From positions 582,379 through 646,378 of the forward strand of contig JBAZTA010000001.1 of assembly GCA_041662125.1 (NCBI GenBank): a stretch of DNA of 64,000 bases, written 5' to 3'. The stretch comes from Candidatus Omnitrophota bacterium (GTDB lineage Bacteria > Omnitrophota > Gorgyraeia > Gygaellales > Profunditerraquicolaceae). The translations under genes were made by a program, and so were the position numbers. Below are positions 50,682-61,495 of the stretch, piece after piece (position 1 is the stretch's first letter; each line of letters opens with the position of its first letter). The notes under the pieces are model-generated. The model made no database searches and was not told where the DNA came from. It worked only from the letters and a program-made list of their open reading frames with translations.

Positions 50682-52991
50682 TTATAATTTACGCGCTATT
50701 TTTTCAATCTGATACGCTTCGAGGATATCGCCTTCCATGATGCCATCATAACCCTTTAAAGCAATACCGCATTCAAACCCCTCGGCGACTTCGCGCACAT
50801 CGTCTTTAAAACGTTTTAAAGAGGACAACTCCCCTTCATAGACAACCTCTCCGTTTCGCACCAGGCTTACCTGCGAATTACGGAAAACCTTGCCCTTTAT
50901 CACAAAACTTCCGGCGATAATACCTGAGCGTGACAATTTAAATACCTTACGGATCTCGACTCTGCCCAAGAAAACTTTCTTTAATTTCGGCTCAAGCATT
51001 CCTTCAAGCGCTGCCCTGATATCATTGGCTAACTCATAAATAATATTGTACGTGCGGACTTCCTGGCCTTCCCGGGAGATCAAATCCTTCGCCAAGTCGT
51101 CTGCTACAACATTAAACCCAAGGATAAGCGCGTTTGAAGCGACTGCCAGGATGACATCCGAAGAATTGATATTGCCGACCCCTTCATGAATATAAACCAG
51201 GCTTATTTCAGTTGACACGATTTTACCCAAGGTATCTTTGATCGCTTCAAGCGAACCGTGGGCGTCAGCTTTTAAGATCAATTTTAATTCTTTAATCTTA
51301 CCTGCTTTGATCTGCGAATAGAGGTCTTCAAGCCCTAAACGCTTGACCGGTTGCATCTGCAATTCTTTTTCTTTTTCCTGCCGTCCTTCTGCCAGCTCCT
51401 TAGCCTTCTTTTCGTTTTCAACTACAAAGAACTGTTCCCCTGCCTGCGGCAGGCCTGAAATACCCAGGACCTCAACCGGCAACGACGGGCCTATTTCACG
51501 CACTGTCTGCCCCCGGTCATTAAACATCGCTTTTGCCTTACCGTAGAAACTTCCGACAATAATATTGTCATTCAAGCGAAGAGTCCCGTTTTTAACCAGG
51601 AGAGTAACTACAGGGCCTTTATATTTATTCGATTTTGCTTCAATAACTACACCTCTTGCCGGCTTATCAGGGTTAGCCTTAAGTTCCAGCATCTGCGCCT
51701 CTAACAAAATCATCTCTAACAACTCATCAATACCCTGCCCCGTCTTAGCCGAAACACCGACAACGATTGTCTTGCCTCCCCAATCTTCGGGAACAAGGTT
51801 TAATTCAGAGAGCTGCTTTTTTACCCGGTCAACGTCCGCCGTCGGTTTATCGATTTTATTGAGCGCGATAATGATAGAGACTGACGCGGCGCGGGCGTGG
51901 TCAAGCGCTTCCTGAGTCTGAGGCATGATCCCTTCATCAGCAGCAACAACTAAAACTACAATATCCGTGATACTAGCACCCCGCGCCCGCATCGCGGTAA
52001 AAGCTTCATGGCCGGGAGTATCCAAAAAGGTGATCTCTCCATGAGGAATTTCTACCCGGTAAGCACCGATATGCTGCGTAATACCGCCATGCTCACTTTC
52101 TGTAACTTTGCTCTTACGGATCGCATCCAAAAGAGACGTCTTTCCATGATCGACATGCCCCATGAGTGTCACGATCGCAGAACGATGCTTCAAAGATCCC
52201 GGAGAATCATCTTCTTCGTGAATCCCGAGTATCGTTTTCTCAGCGGAAGGCGCTTCTTTGATCCTAAAACCATACTTCGCGCATACCTGAACTACTACTA
52301 CTTCATCAAGCGTCTGGTTGAGGCCTGCCATAACTCCTAGCCCCATTAACGTCTTAATTAAACCGGATGATTTTTCCTGCAACTTGATTGCTAAATCTTT
52401 TACAATAATAGGAAATTTTAATTCTAATTCTTTGAGCACCGGCGCAGAGACAGCAACTTCTTTTACCACAGCAGGCTTTTGCTCTTTAACCAGCGCTGCT
52501 TTCTCCTCCTTAACCGGGATGATATTTTCTTCTTTAACCGCAAGGGGTTTTTCTATTCCCGCAGGTTTATCTTCTTTAATCGTTTTCTCTGTTTTTATTG
52601 GCAGCACTGCTTCTTGGGGGAAAACCTTCGGCTTATGCGCCTCCTGAGGATGCGCTGTTTTTGGATGGGCAACTGCAGGCACGTGAACAGGCGGGATAAC
52701 CGTCGGCTTAGGCGCCTGAGGCTTAACCGCAGCGGCAGGAGCAGCTGTTTCTGGCAAAGGCAACACTTTCTTTTTAGGCGCTGCCTTTCGCTTGGTAACA
52801 GCGGTTTTAGCCGCTGATAACAACTTTGCCGCTTTACTCTTGGTTTTAGCTTCCGGCATTTGTGCGGCTTTCGCTTTTAGGTTTTCCAGCGCTGCTGCAT
52901 CTGAAACTTTAAGTTTAGGCTTTGCTTTAGGCTTAGCTTTTGTTTTTTCTTTTGCATCTAATTTATTCTTTTCTTTTTTTGCTTCAGTCAT
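50682..52991 (-). CDS. infB: translation initiation factor IF-2
   Basis: 769 aa. Lys/Ala/Pro-rich N-terminus, G-domain ([24 protein letters not shown]) and a C-terminal beta-barrel. Confidence 0.93.
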   Translation of the reverse strand: MTEAKKEKNKLDAKEKTKAKPKAKPKLKVSDAAALENLKAKAAQMPEAKTKSKAAKLLSAAKTAVTKRKAAPKKKVLPLPETAAPAAAVKPQAPKPTVIPPVHVPAVAHPKTAHPQEAHKPKVFPQEAVLPIKTEKTIKEDKPAGIEKPLAVKEENIIPVKEEKAALVKEQKPAVVKEVAVSAPVLKELELKFPIIVKDLAIKLQEKSSGLIKTLMGLGVMAGLNQTLDEVVVVQVCAKYGFRIKEAPSAEKTILGIHEEDDSPGSLKHRSAIVTLMGHVDHGKTSLLDAIRKSKVTESEHGGITQHIGAYRVEIPHGEITFLDTPGHEAFTAMRARGASITDIVVLVVAADEGIMPQTQEALDHARAASVSIIIALNKIDKPTADVDRVKKQLSELNLVPEDWGGKTIVVGVSAKTGQGIDELLEMILLEAQMLELKANPDKPARGVVIEAKSNKYKGPVVTLLVKNGTLRLNDNIIVGSFYGKAKAMFNDRGQTVREIGPSLPVEVLGISGLPQAGEQFFVVENEKKAKELAEGRQEKEKELQMQPVKRLGLEDLYSQIKAGKIKELKLILKADAHGSLEAIKDTLGKIVSTEISLVYIHEGVGNINSSDVILAVASNALILGFNVVADDLAKDLISREGQEVRTYNIIYELANDIRAALEGMLEPKLKKVFLGRVEIRKVFKLSRSGIIAGSFVIKGKVFRNSQVSLVRNGEVVYEGELSSLKRFKDDVREVAEGFECGIALKGYDGIMEGDILEAYQIEKIARKL

Positions 52992-53048
52992 AATTCCTCA
53001 TCTTTCGGTAAAACGCGCTGAATTTACCATACAGTATATGGCATAAGG

Positions 53049-54260
53049 TCATTGAGCAGTAAGTTTCTTGGCTTCTTCAATTAATTTTTCCGCCTTCTTT
53101 TCTCCTATGCCTTTAATATTCGTCAAATCGCTGATTTGAGCACCTGCAATAACCTCCAGTGATGTAAAACCTGCGTCTTTAAGGCTCTGAATAGTCTTTT
53201 CTCCGGCACCGGGCAACTGTTCTAAAGCAGTTACTGCTGCTTGAGCCGTTGCTTCGGTTTCCACCGGGGCTGCTGATTCTTTCGCAGGCGCTTCTTTTTT
53301 ATCCGCTACTACCTCTACAGGCTTATCTTTCGTGCGGATGTCTAATTCCCATCCGATAAGCTTAGAAGCAAGCTGAACATTCTGTCCATGTTTTCCGATA
53401 GCCAAAGAAAGCTGGTCATCCGCGACAATGATCTCTGCCCGTTTATTTTCTTTGTCTAACTTTATTTCAGAAACTTCCGCGGGTAATAACGCGGCTTTAA
53501 TATATTCCCTAATATCATCATTATAACGCACAATATCGATTTTTTCACCTTGTAATTCATTCACGATATTCTTAACGCGGCTTCCCCGCATGCCTACACA
53601 AGCACCAACCGAATCCACTTTTTCATTCTTTGACCAGACCGCTATTTTCGTGCGGTCCCCGGCCTGCCGGGAAATCGATTTTATTTCAACAATACCCTCA
53701 TAAATTTCAGGGACTTCCAATTCAAAGAGCTTCTTCACAAAGTTTGGATGACGCCGCGACAAAATGATCTGAGCGCCCTTATTGTCTTTTTTAACCTCCA
53801 CGATATAGGCACGGATACGCTGCCCCTGTTTAAATTCCTCTTTAGAGGACTGTTCACGTTTTAAAAGGACACCTTCAGCTTTCCCCAGCATATCAACGAC
53901 AATATTACCCTTATCAAAACGATAGACCGTACCACTGATAATCTCTCCTGCCTTGCTTTGGAATTCATTAAAAACCACATCTTTCTCTGCTTCACGGATT
54001 TTCTGAATAATGACCTGCCGGGCAGCGGATGCGGCTATGCGGCCGAAATCAATTGAGGTAATTTCTTCCTGGTCTTTAAAAGCCCGTATCTTACCGGTAA
54101 AAGGGTCAATCTCAACCTTAAGTTCTTCGCTCGGCTTCACATCAATAACCCTGCGGACAGCGCTTAAAAGAGCGCTTTCAACCGCTTTTACCAAAACCTC
54201 TTTCTTAATGCCTTTTTCTCTCTCTATTTGTTCGATTATTGCTAATAATTCCTGACTCAT
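53049..54260 (-). CDS. nusA: transcription termination/antitermination factor NusA
   Basis: 403 aa; N-terminal domain, S1, KH1/KH2 (LAIGKHGQNVQLASKLIGWELDI), and a C-terminal HhH repeat. Confidence 0.92.
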   Translation of the reverse strand: MSQELLAIIEQIEREKGIKKEVLVKAVESALLSAVRRVIDVKPSEELKVEIDPFTGKIRAFKDQEEITSIDFGRIAASAARQVIIQKIREAEKDVVFNEFQSKAGEIISGTVYRFDKGNIVVDMLGKAEGVLLKREQSSKEEFKQGQRIRAYIVEVKKDNKGAQIILSRRHPNFVKKLFELEVPEIYEGIVEIKSISRQAGDRTKIAVWSKNEKVDSVGACVGMRGSRVKNIVNELQGEKIDIVRYNDDIREYIKAALLPAEVSEIKLDKENKRAEIIVADDQLSLAIGKHGQNVQLASKLIGWELDIRTKDKPVEVVADKKEAPAKESAAPVETEATAQAAVTALEQLPGAGEKTIQSLKDAGFTSLEVIAGAQISDLTNIKGIGEKKAEKLIEEAKKLTAQ

Positions 54261-54306
54261 ATCAACCTCGTATTTTTATTTTTTTTGTTAATAATATCTC
54301 TCTGGC

Positions 54307-54789
54307 CTAATCAATGATCTGTTTTGCCCTGTTGATCTTTGATAACGGGATTTCCAGAGTACCGCGCTCACTCTCTATCAAGACAAAATCCTGGTTTGCT
54401 TGTTTAATAATTCCTGCTATTTCTATTTTCTCACCAACAGGTTCATTTAAGAAAAAACGGGCTTCCCGGTCAATACAACGCAAAAAGTCTTTTACCGCCT
54501 TCATCGGCCTATCGACCCCCGGAGAAGCCACCTCAAGGACATAGCGCTCTTTAATAATATCTTTCTCCTCAAGCAGATTGCCAATCGAATAATTAAGCCG
54601 GGCGCACTCATCAAGTTTAATACCGCCATACGGCCGGTCCGCCAGTATCCGCAAAACTAATTTCCCCCCTTCATAGCGATATAACAATTCAACCAAATCT
54701 ATTGCCTGCGCCTGTAAATAATCACGCAATAAACTTTCCAGTTCACGCATTAATTCCGGATTATTCATTTTCCCCTCCATCCCAGGCAT
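54307..54789 (-). CDS. rimP: ribosome maturation factor RimP
   Basis: 160 aa, in the conserved rimP-nusA-infB order; LVELLYRYEGGKLVLRILAD...LEVASPGVDRP. Confidence 0.85.
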   Translation of the reverse strand: MPGMEGKMNNPELMRELESLLRDYLQAQAIDLVELLYRYEGGKLVLRILADRPYGGIKLDECARLNYSIGNLLEEKDIIKERYVLEVASPGVDRPMKAVKDFLRCIDREARFFLNEPVGEKIEIAGIIKQANQDFVLIESERGTLEIPLSKINRAKQIID

Positions 54790-54792
54790 TTG

Positions 54793-56037
54793 TCACGACA
54801 ATAAATCTTTTGCCTGGCGCAGAACCGACTCCGGCGCATCGACGATCTTCGAATTATCTTTACGCACTTTCAATTCAATCGTATTTTTCTTAACCGATTC
54901 TTTACCGATAATAATCTGCAGCGGGACACCGATCAAATCAGCATCCTTGAATTTTACACCGGCGCGCTCGTCACGGTCATCAAAAAGCACTTCAACACCG
55001 CTTGCCTTCATATCCTGATAAACGCCAGAGGCAAATTCCATGATCTTGGCATCCGTGATATCCAGCGGTAAAATCACCAATTTATAAGGGCTGACCTCAC
55101 GCGGCCACATGATCCCTGCCGCGTCATGATTCTGTTCAATAATGGTTGCAATAAGCCGGGAAACGCCGATACCGTAACACCCCATGATAATCGGACGCTC
55201 TTTACCCTCGGCATCAATAAAATGAGCGCCTAAAACCGAGCTGTATTTGGTCCCTAATTTAAAAATATGGCCGATCTCAATAGCATTGACTTTTTCTGCC
55301 GCAGTTGCGCATTGCGGGCACAAGAGGGCCTCGCCTTTAAAAGCCATGGCGCGTTTACACTGAGGGCATACCAAAACAACATCTTCCCCCATTGCCGCAG
55401 GCACCATAAATTCGTGTGAGACCTTACCTCCCATCACGCCGGAATCCGCCTCTACAGTCACAATATTCAAGCCGCAGCGCTTAAAAATACTTACGTATGC
55501 CGCATACATCGCCTTATAGTTTATATCAAGCCCGGCATCATCTTTATCAAAACTATAGGCGTCTTTCATAATAAATTCGCAGGCGCGCACCAATCCAAAG
55601 CGGGGGCGTATCTCGTCGCGAAACTTCGTCTGTATCTGATATAAGACCACGGGAAGCTGGCGGTATGAAGAGGTATGTGCTTTCACTAAATCCGTGATCA
55701 CCTCTTCGTGGGTCGGCCCCAGGCATACATGACGGCCGCGGCGGTCAACAAACCGGTACATGACTTCAGCGATATCTTTATCCCTGCCTGATTTCACCCA
55801 TAGCTCAAGCGGCTGTAAGGCCGGGAGCAAGAGTTCGGCCGCTCCACAGGAATTCATTTCTTCTCGGATAATCCTTTGGATATTATCAAGGACTTTAAGG
55901 CCCAAGGGAAGATATGAATACACCCCCGCCATAAGCATCCGCGCGATACCGGCGCGCAGCATCAACTGATGGCTGACAGATTCAGCTTCCTGAGGCGTTT
56001 CTTTTAATGTGGGGATAAAAGCCTTTGACCAAAACAT
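54793..56037 (-). CDS. proS: proline--tRNA ligase (short bacterial form without editing insertion)
   Basis: The N-terminus aligns closely with ProS (TLKETPQEAESVSHQLMLRAGIARML, VLGPTHEEVITDLV, YQIQTKFRDEIRPRFGLVRACEFIMKDAYSF). Length 414 aa. Confidence 0.85.
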   Translation of the reverse strand: MFWSKAFIPTLKETPQEAESVSHQLMLRAGIARMLMAGVYSYLPLGLKVLDNIQRIIREEMNSCGAAELLLPALQPLELWVKSGRDKDIAEVMYRFVDRRGRHVCLGPTHEEVITDLVKAHTSSYRQLPVVLYQIQTKFRDEIRPRFGLVRACEFIMKDAYSFDKDDAGLDINYKAMYAAYVSIFKRCGLNIVTVEADSGVMGGKVSHEFMVPAAMGEDVVLVCPQCKRAMAFKGEALLCPQCATAAEKVNAIEIGHIFKLGTKYSSVLGAHFIDAEGKERPIIMGCYGIGVSRLIATIIEQNHDAAGIMWPREVSPYKLVILPLDITDAKIMEFASGVYQDMKASGVEVLFDDRDERAGVKFKDADLIGVPLQIIIGKESVKKNTIELKVRKDNSKIVDAPESVLRQAKDLLS

Positions 56038-56049
56038 AATTCCTTTACT

Positions 56050-57378
56050 CTATGGGTCTTGCCTGAAAATCTCTTCCGAGAGGTACAGCCCGCGCTTCTT
56101 AAATGAATAAAAACATTCCGGGACAATACCTGTTGCCTTCCATCTGCCGCTGACAACACCCGTCACATCGTGTGTCGAATCAATCTCATACTTAAAAATA
56201 TCTTCCACCACTACCTCTTTATCGCGTAAACCCCGTATTTGAGCGATACGAGTGATCTTTCGTGAGCCGTCATGCAGCTGTTCCTGCTGCACCACCAGGT
56301 CAACGGAAGCCGCGATTTGACGATGGATGGCTTCAATACTTACGGCTATTCCCGATGTTAAGATCAAGGTTTCCAGGCGGTAAATAACATCCTGAGGGGA
56401 ATCCGCGTGCAATACCGCTAAAGACCCCTGATGCCCTGAACACATTGCCTGAAGCATATCCAAGGCTTCAACGCCGCGTATTTCGCCAAGAATGATCCTA
56501 TCCGGGCGCATACGCAATGAATTCCGGAAAAGGTCCCTGACCGTAATCTCTCCTTTTCCTTCAATATTCGGAACGCGGGTCTCCAGGCGCACCACATGCT
56601 CCTGGTTCAAACACAATTCCGATGTATCTTCAATAGTGACGATCCTCTCATCATTGGCAATATACGAAGAAAGCACGTTAAGTGTTGTAGTCTTGCCTGC
56701 GCCGGTTGCGCCCGAGAAAATTATATTCACCTTTGCCTTGATACAGGCAACCAGGAAATCAGCCATCCGCTGATCCAAAGTCCCTTTTTGCATAAGATCC
56801 TCAACCTTATTGATTTCTTTAAGAAACTTTCTAATAGTCATGACCGGGCCGTCTAAAGCAAGCGGAGGGATAATAATGTTAACACGAGAGCCGTCTTTTA
56901 AAGAAACATCCGTAAACGGATATGACTCATCGACCCGGCGCCTGGTCGGCATCAGTATCTTATGCACCAGCGCCATTAATTGATGTTCATCATCAAAGGT
57001 AACATTTGCTAATTCAGTCTTTCCGTTACGTTCTATGTATATCTTCTTGGGGCCGTTGATCATAATCTCGGTTATCGAGGGGTCATTGAGCAAACTATCG
57101 ATCGGCCCAAACCCTACACATTCATCAATGATCTCACCTATGATCCGTAAGCGTTCCGCCGTGGAAATTACCGCATGCTCACGGCTGATAATTTCATCTA
57201 ATATCTGGATGACTACGCGCTCTAATTCTTTCCCGTCAAGTTTCTCTTTGGAGAATAAACTGGCAAAATCAGAGATCAGTTTTTGACGGATCTTTTCTTT
57301 GAATTTCTTAATCATACGCGGATAATAAGGCTTAACCCTTATCTCTTTGAAATTTCTTTTAATAATACTGCAACGCAA
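56050..57378 (-). CDS. CpaF/TadA-VirB11 family secretion ATPase (orphan)
   Basis: 442 aa; Walker A IIFSGATGAGKTTTLN, a Walker B / Asp box, and the His box HQGSLAVLHADS. The ORF-track start is a TTG overlapping ispG; an alternative ATG at 57315 has poor SD. The start is uncertain. Confidence 0.75.
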   Translation of the reverse strand: MRCSIIKRNFKEIRVKPYYPRMIKKFKEKIRQKLISDFASLFSKEKLDGKELERVVIQILDEIISREHAVISTAERLRIIGEIIDECVGFGPIDSLLNDPSITEIMINGPKKIYIERNGKTELANVTFDDEHQLMALVHKILMPTRRRVDESYPFTDVSLKDGSRVNIIIPPLALDGPVMTIRKFLKEINKVEDLMQKGTLDQRMADFLVACIKAKVNIIFSGATGAGKTTTLNVLSSYIANDERIVTIEDTSELCLNQEHVVRLETRVPNIEGKGEITVRDLFRNSLRMRPDRIILGEIRGVEALDMLQAMCSGHQGSLAVLHADSPQDVIYRLETLILTSGIAVSIEAIHRQIAASVDLVVQQEQLHDGSRKITRIAQIRGLRDKEVVVEDIFKYEIDSTHDVTGVVSGRWKATGIVPECFYSFKKRGLYLSEEIFRQDP

Positions 57379-58406
57379 CTTTCAGGCGAGATCTTCCTAA
57401 CCGATTTGCCATGCTTAAACAAAAGGCCTTCTTTCTTGCCAAAAGCAATGCCGATATCGGCCTCTTGAGCTTCTCCCGGGCCATTAACCACGCAGCCCAT
57501 CACGGCAATACGCATTGGCTTATCCATCGCCTTATCTAAAGCCTTTTTGTGCAACGCCCTCTCCAAATCATTGACAATTTTGACGAGGTTAACTTCACAC
57601 CTGCCGCAGGTCGGGCAACTGATGATCTGCGGCCCGAAATTCCGTAATCCAACAGATTCCAGGATGCATTTTGCAACTTTAATTTCTTCCGCAGGAGCGT
57701 CAGTTAAGGATATTCTCATTGTATCACCAATCCCGTCTAATAGCAAAGACGCTGTTGCAATACTAGAGGAGATCATCCCCTGTAAAGGCAAACCCGTTGC
57801 CGTCACTCCGATATGAAACGGATAATCGCAAACCCCTGCCATTAAACGGTACGCCTCAAGAGTATCGAGCATGAGAGATGCTTTCAAAGAAACGACAATA
57901 TCGGAAAACCCCATTTTCTCAATCATCCTGATATACGTAAGCGCGCTCTGCACCATACGCTCAGGGATACGCAGAGAGCGACGATGTATTCGCGGCAGCG
58001 AACCGGAATTTAAACCCACCCGGATAGGGATATGAGCAGATTTTGCCGCATAGATAACATCACGCACCTGCTCTTTCTTATAAATATTGCCCGGGTTAAG
58101 CCTGATTTTATCGGCGCCATTTTCAATAGCCTCCAGAGCAAGTTTCCAGTTAAAATGGATATCAGCAACCAGGGGGATACTGATCTTTTCCCTGATCTTA
58201 CGGATCGCCTGAGCATCTACGCTATCCTTTACCGCCACACGAATAATCTCACAACCGACATCCTGTAATGCTTTGATCTGCGTAACCGATGCCTCGATAT
58301 CAGCGGTCCGGCATTTTACCATCGACTGAATAGCAACAGGATTATTTTTACCTATTGCAACATTCCCGATCTCAACCACCCTGGTTTTACGCCTGATGAT
58401 CTTCAT
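57339..58406 (-). CDS. ispG: 4-hydroxy-3-methylbut-2-en-1-yl diphosphate synthase
   Basis: 355 aa; IGNVAIGKNNPVAIQSM, the IRVGLNSGSL-type TIM barrel, and C-terminal CxxC...C 4Fe-4S ligands (ISCPTCGRC). Confidence 0.92.
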   Translation of the reverse strand: MKIIRRKTRVVEIGNVAIGKNNPVAIQSMVKCRTADIEASVTQIKALQDVGCEIIRVAVKDSVDAQAIRKIREKISIPLVADIHFNWKLALEAIENGADKIRLNPGNIYKKEQVRDVIYAAKSAHIPIRVGLNSGSLPRIHRRSLRIPERMVQSALTYIRMIEKMGFSDIVVSLKASLMLDTLEAYRLMAGVCDYPFHIGVTATGLPLQGMISSSIATASLLLDGIGDTMRISLTDAPAEEIKVAKCILESVGLRNFGPQIISCPTCGRCEVNLVKIVNDLERALHKKALDKAMDKPMRIAVMGCVVNGPGEAQEADIGIAFGKKEGLLFKHGKSVRKISPESCVAVLLKEISKR

Positions 58407-58418
58407 ACCCGTACACCC

Positions 58419-59498
58419 TTATTGAAAGAACTTTGCTATTCTTTCGCCGAATAACCTGATGATATCATTATACGTGACCACAACCACCAGCGTTATTAAT
58501 AAAGCAAACCCGGCTTGGGTAACCACCCGTTCCAATTTCTCGCTCACCGGCTTTCCTTTGATCTTTTCGATCAATAATAAGAAAATATGCCCGCCGTCTA
58601 ATACCGGGATAGGCAGTAAATTAAAAATACATAAACTAATACTGATGGTCGCCATAAAATGGATGATCGCGATAATGCCCAATTGGGCGACTTTTGAAGT
58701 TATATAAAACATGCCTAACGGCCCTGTTACTGATTCACGCATCGACATTTGGCCTGTCAGCATCCGCCAGATCGCGTTATAGGTAAGCACCGTTAAATCC
58801 CAGGTTTTCTCTAACGCAAACCCGGCAGACTCAAAAAATCCATGCTTGACGATTTCTGTGCTATCCGAAGGCGTAATACCGAGTAAACCGACGGTGTGTT
58901 TCTTGCCGAGTAAATCATCGGTTGATTTTTCCTTTATACTAACATCAAACGTATAAGAGCTGCCATGGCGCAAAACAGAAAGCTTGACTTTTGTGTCTGA
59001 TCTTTTACGCTGCACAATATTCTGGAGATCCTCCCAGAAATGGACAGCTTTACCGTCTATCGCGGTAATGGTATCTCCGGCAGCAATACCGGCATCTTTG
59101 GCGCCGAAGCCATCCAAGACACTGCCCACGGTACTGGTAAGCTTCGGATAACCCGCAACAAATATAAACCAGAAACATAAAAATCCCAAAACATAATTCA
59201 ACAGCGGGCCAAAGAAAATAATCTTGAAACGCCCTCCCGGCGGCTGCGAAAAATATTCATCAGGCTCGCCTTTTCGGTCTTGGAGGTTATCGCCAGCCAT
59301 CTTGACATACCCGCCTAAGGGTATCGCGCAAATACTATATTCGGTATCTTTGCCTTTGCGGGTAAACAGAGCCGGCCCAAAACCCACGGCAAACTTTTCA
59401 ACCTTGACCCCTAATTTCTTAGCCGCAATAAAATGCCCGAATTCATGGACGACAATCAGGATACTGATAACTAAAATAAAAACAACCGTTGAAATCAT
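58419..59498 (-). CDS. rseP: RIP metalloprotease RseP (site-2 protease, M50 family)
   Basis: 359 aa; HEFGHFIAAK (HExxH), a PDZ domain, and a C-terminal LDGGH motif. Confidence 0.9.
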   Translation of the reverse strand: MISTVVFILVISILIVVHEFGHFIAAKKLGVKVEKFAVGFGPALFTRKGKDTEYSICAIPLGGYVKMAGDNLQDRKGEPDEYFSQPPGGRFKIIFFGPLLNYVLGFLCFWFIFVAGYPKLTSTVGSVLDGFGAKDAGIAAGDTITAIDGKAVHFWEDLQNIVQRKRSDTKVKLSVLRHGSSYTFDVSIKEKSTDDLLGKKHTVGLLGITPSDSTEIVKHGFFESAGFALEKTWDLTVLTYNAIWRMLTGQMSMRESVTGPLGMFYITSKVAQLGIIAIIHFMATISISLCIFNLLPIPVLDGGHIFLLLIEKIKGKPVSEKLERVVTQAGFALLITLVVVVTYNDIIRLFGERIAKFFQ

Positions 59499-60643
59499 CT
59501 TTGTATGACCTTTCTTGCCTCAACCCTCGCCCAGGAATCAACATGCATAATATCATTCAGGGATGGATCGGCAACAGCGCGGTGACGAGATAAAACTTTT
59601 TCGATAACCCCAGGTATCCCGGTAAACGTTAAATTTCCTTTTAAGAATTCTTCAACACAGACTTCATTCGCAGCATTCAAGGCGCACGGGCAGATGCCGC
59701 CTTCACGCGCGGCCTGATACGCCAAAGCCAAACAGGCAAATTTCTTTACATCAGGTGCGGTAAAATTCAAGCTCTTTATTTTTACAAAATCTAACCCCCG
59801 CAGGGAAGTCTTCAGGCGCTCTGGATATGAAAGGGCGTATTGTATCGGGATACGCATGTCGGTAACTGAAAGCTGCGCCATCACCACCCCATCAATAAAT
59901 TCAACCATCGAATGAATGATCGATTCCGGATGAACCACGACCTCAACCTCCTCAGCCTTAAGGCCAAACAAGCTCATAGCCTCCAAGACCTCCAGGCCCT
60001 TATTCATTAATGTCGCGGAATCAACGGAAATCTTCTTGCCCATTTTCCAACGCGGATGGGACAATGCCTGCGAAACTGAAATATTCTTTAATTGCTTCCC
60101 GGTAAAATCCCGGAACGGGCCGCCTGAAGCAGTAAGCAAAATCCGCCGAAGCGCCCGGCGTTCTTGCCCTTCCAAACATTGCCAAATCGCCGATTGTTCG
60201 CTATCAATAGGGATGATCGCGGCATTATTCTTTCGTGCCCGGCGCATAATCAACGGCCCAGCCATGACCAGCGCCTCTTTATTCGCCAATGCTATTTTCT
60301 TATGATTATCAAGAGCGCTTAATATTGGGAGGAGCGCCTCTGAACCGCTCACCGCCATGACCACCGCATCGACGCGTTTATCTTTACAGATCTCTGTTAA
60401 ACCTGCCGTGCCGATAAGAAGCCGGGGCTTACGGCCAATCTGAGCATTAAGCGCAACCCCTGCTGCTTCATCAGTAACACAAATTATTTCCGGAGAAAAC
60501 TCCTTTATCTGACAACGTAAAAGTTCAATATTAGCATGAGCGCTTAATGCGACCGCGCGAAAACGCTGAGGATGCTGCCGGATTACCGCCAACGCGTTCT
60601 GCCCAATTGAGCCGGTTGAGCCTAAAAGCGCGATTCGTTTCAT
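59495..60643 (-). CDS. dxr: 1-deoxy-D-xylulose 5-phosphate reductoisomerase
   Basis: 382 aa; MKRIALLGSTGSIGQNAL, LANKEALV and HPSQAL-type motifs. Confidence 0.92.
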   Translation of the reverse strand: MKRIALLGSTGSIGQNALAVIRQHPQRFRAVALSAHANIELLRCQIKEFSPEIICVTDEAAGVALNAQIGRKPRLLIGTAGLTEICKDKRVDAVVMAVSGSEALLPILSALDNHKKIALANKEALVMAGPLIMRRARKNNAAIIPIDSEQSAIWQCLEGQERRALRRILLTASGGPFRDFTGKQLKNISVSQALSHPRWKMGKKISVDSATLMNKGLEVLEAMSLFGLKAEEVEVVVHPESIIHSMVEFIDGVVMAQLSVTDMRIPIQYALSYPERLKTSLRGLDFVKIKSLNFTAPDVKKFACLALAYQAAREGGICPCALNAANEVCVEEFLKGNLTFTGIPGVIEKVLSRHRAVADPSLNDIMHVDSWARVEARKVIQR

Positions 60644-60650
60644 AGAGTCG

Positions 60651-61445
60651 TTATGGTAACGTAATACTTAAATAAAAATAAAAAACCGGCGCGGTAAAAA
60701 GCAAGCTGTCGATTAAATCCAGGACTCCTCCTATACCCGGGATTATATTCGAGGAATCCTTGACCTGGCAATCACGCTTCATTAATGATTCTGAAAGATC
60801 CCCCACCTGCCCCAGTGCCCCTAAGAATGCGCCGAGAAAAACAAGGTGCCCATAAGAAAACGGCAGGAATACTTTTGAAGCAAGCGCAGCGCCGATACTG
60901 AAAACCAACCCTCCGATAGCCCCCTCAACAGATTTCTTAGGGCTGATGCGCGGAATAAGTGGAGAGCGGCCAAAACGGCTGCCTACTAAAAAAGCCCCGA
61001 TATCTCCAAGCTTGGTAATAATAATAAGCCCCGCCAAAAGCAATAACCCGTTTGGCAAATACCTGATTTTAACGAAAAAACTGCCGAACCAGGCCACGTA
61101 GAGTATCCCGAAGATCGTCATGGAAATATCAACGATGGTACCGGAATGTTGCCGGCGCTTGAGTTGCATAATGATCAGGAATAATAACGCTATAACAATA
61201 AAAAAGAGCTCCCAGGTTTTGGTCGGCTCAAACCGAAACGCGATCGATAACGGGATGATCGCTCCTATGCCCATACCAAAATATTTATAAATACGCATGC
61301 CCTTGTTTTCCAGCATCGTGAAAAACTCATAAAGCCCGACAAGGATAACTACGGTCGCCATGAGGCCGCAGAGCCAATCGACCATCAAGGTCATCGCCAC
61401 AACAGCGATCACTATAATTGAGCTTACTGTCCTTTTAACAACCAT
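60651..61445 (-). CDS. cdsA: phosphatidate cytidylyltransferase
   Basis: 264 aa polytopic membrane protein with the C-terminal CTP-transferase signature (SPKKSVEGAIGG...GGVLDLIDS). Confidence 0.85.
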   Translation of the reverse strand: MVVKRTVSSIIVIAVVAMTLMVDWLCGLMATVVILVGLYEFFTMLENKGMRIYKYFGMGIGAIIPLSIAFRFEPTKTWELFFIVIALLFLIIMQLKRRQHSGTIVDISMTIFGILYVAWFGSFFVKIRYLPNGLLLLAGLIIITKLGDIGAFLVGSRFGRSPLIPRISPKKSVEGAIGGLVFSIGAALASKVFLPFSYGHLVFLGAFLGALGQVGDLSESLMKRDCQVKDSSNIIPGIGGVLDLIDSLLFTAPVFYFYLSITLP

Positions 61446-61495
61446 GTTCTTTTCTCACTATTGTAATAAAACGGGATAGAAACTAAAATGAGCGG

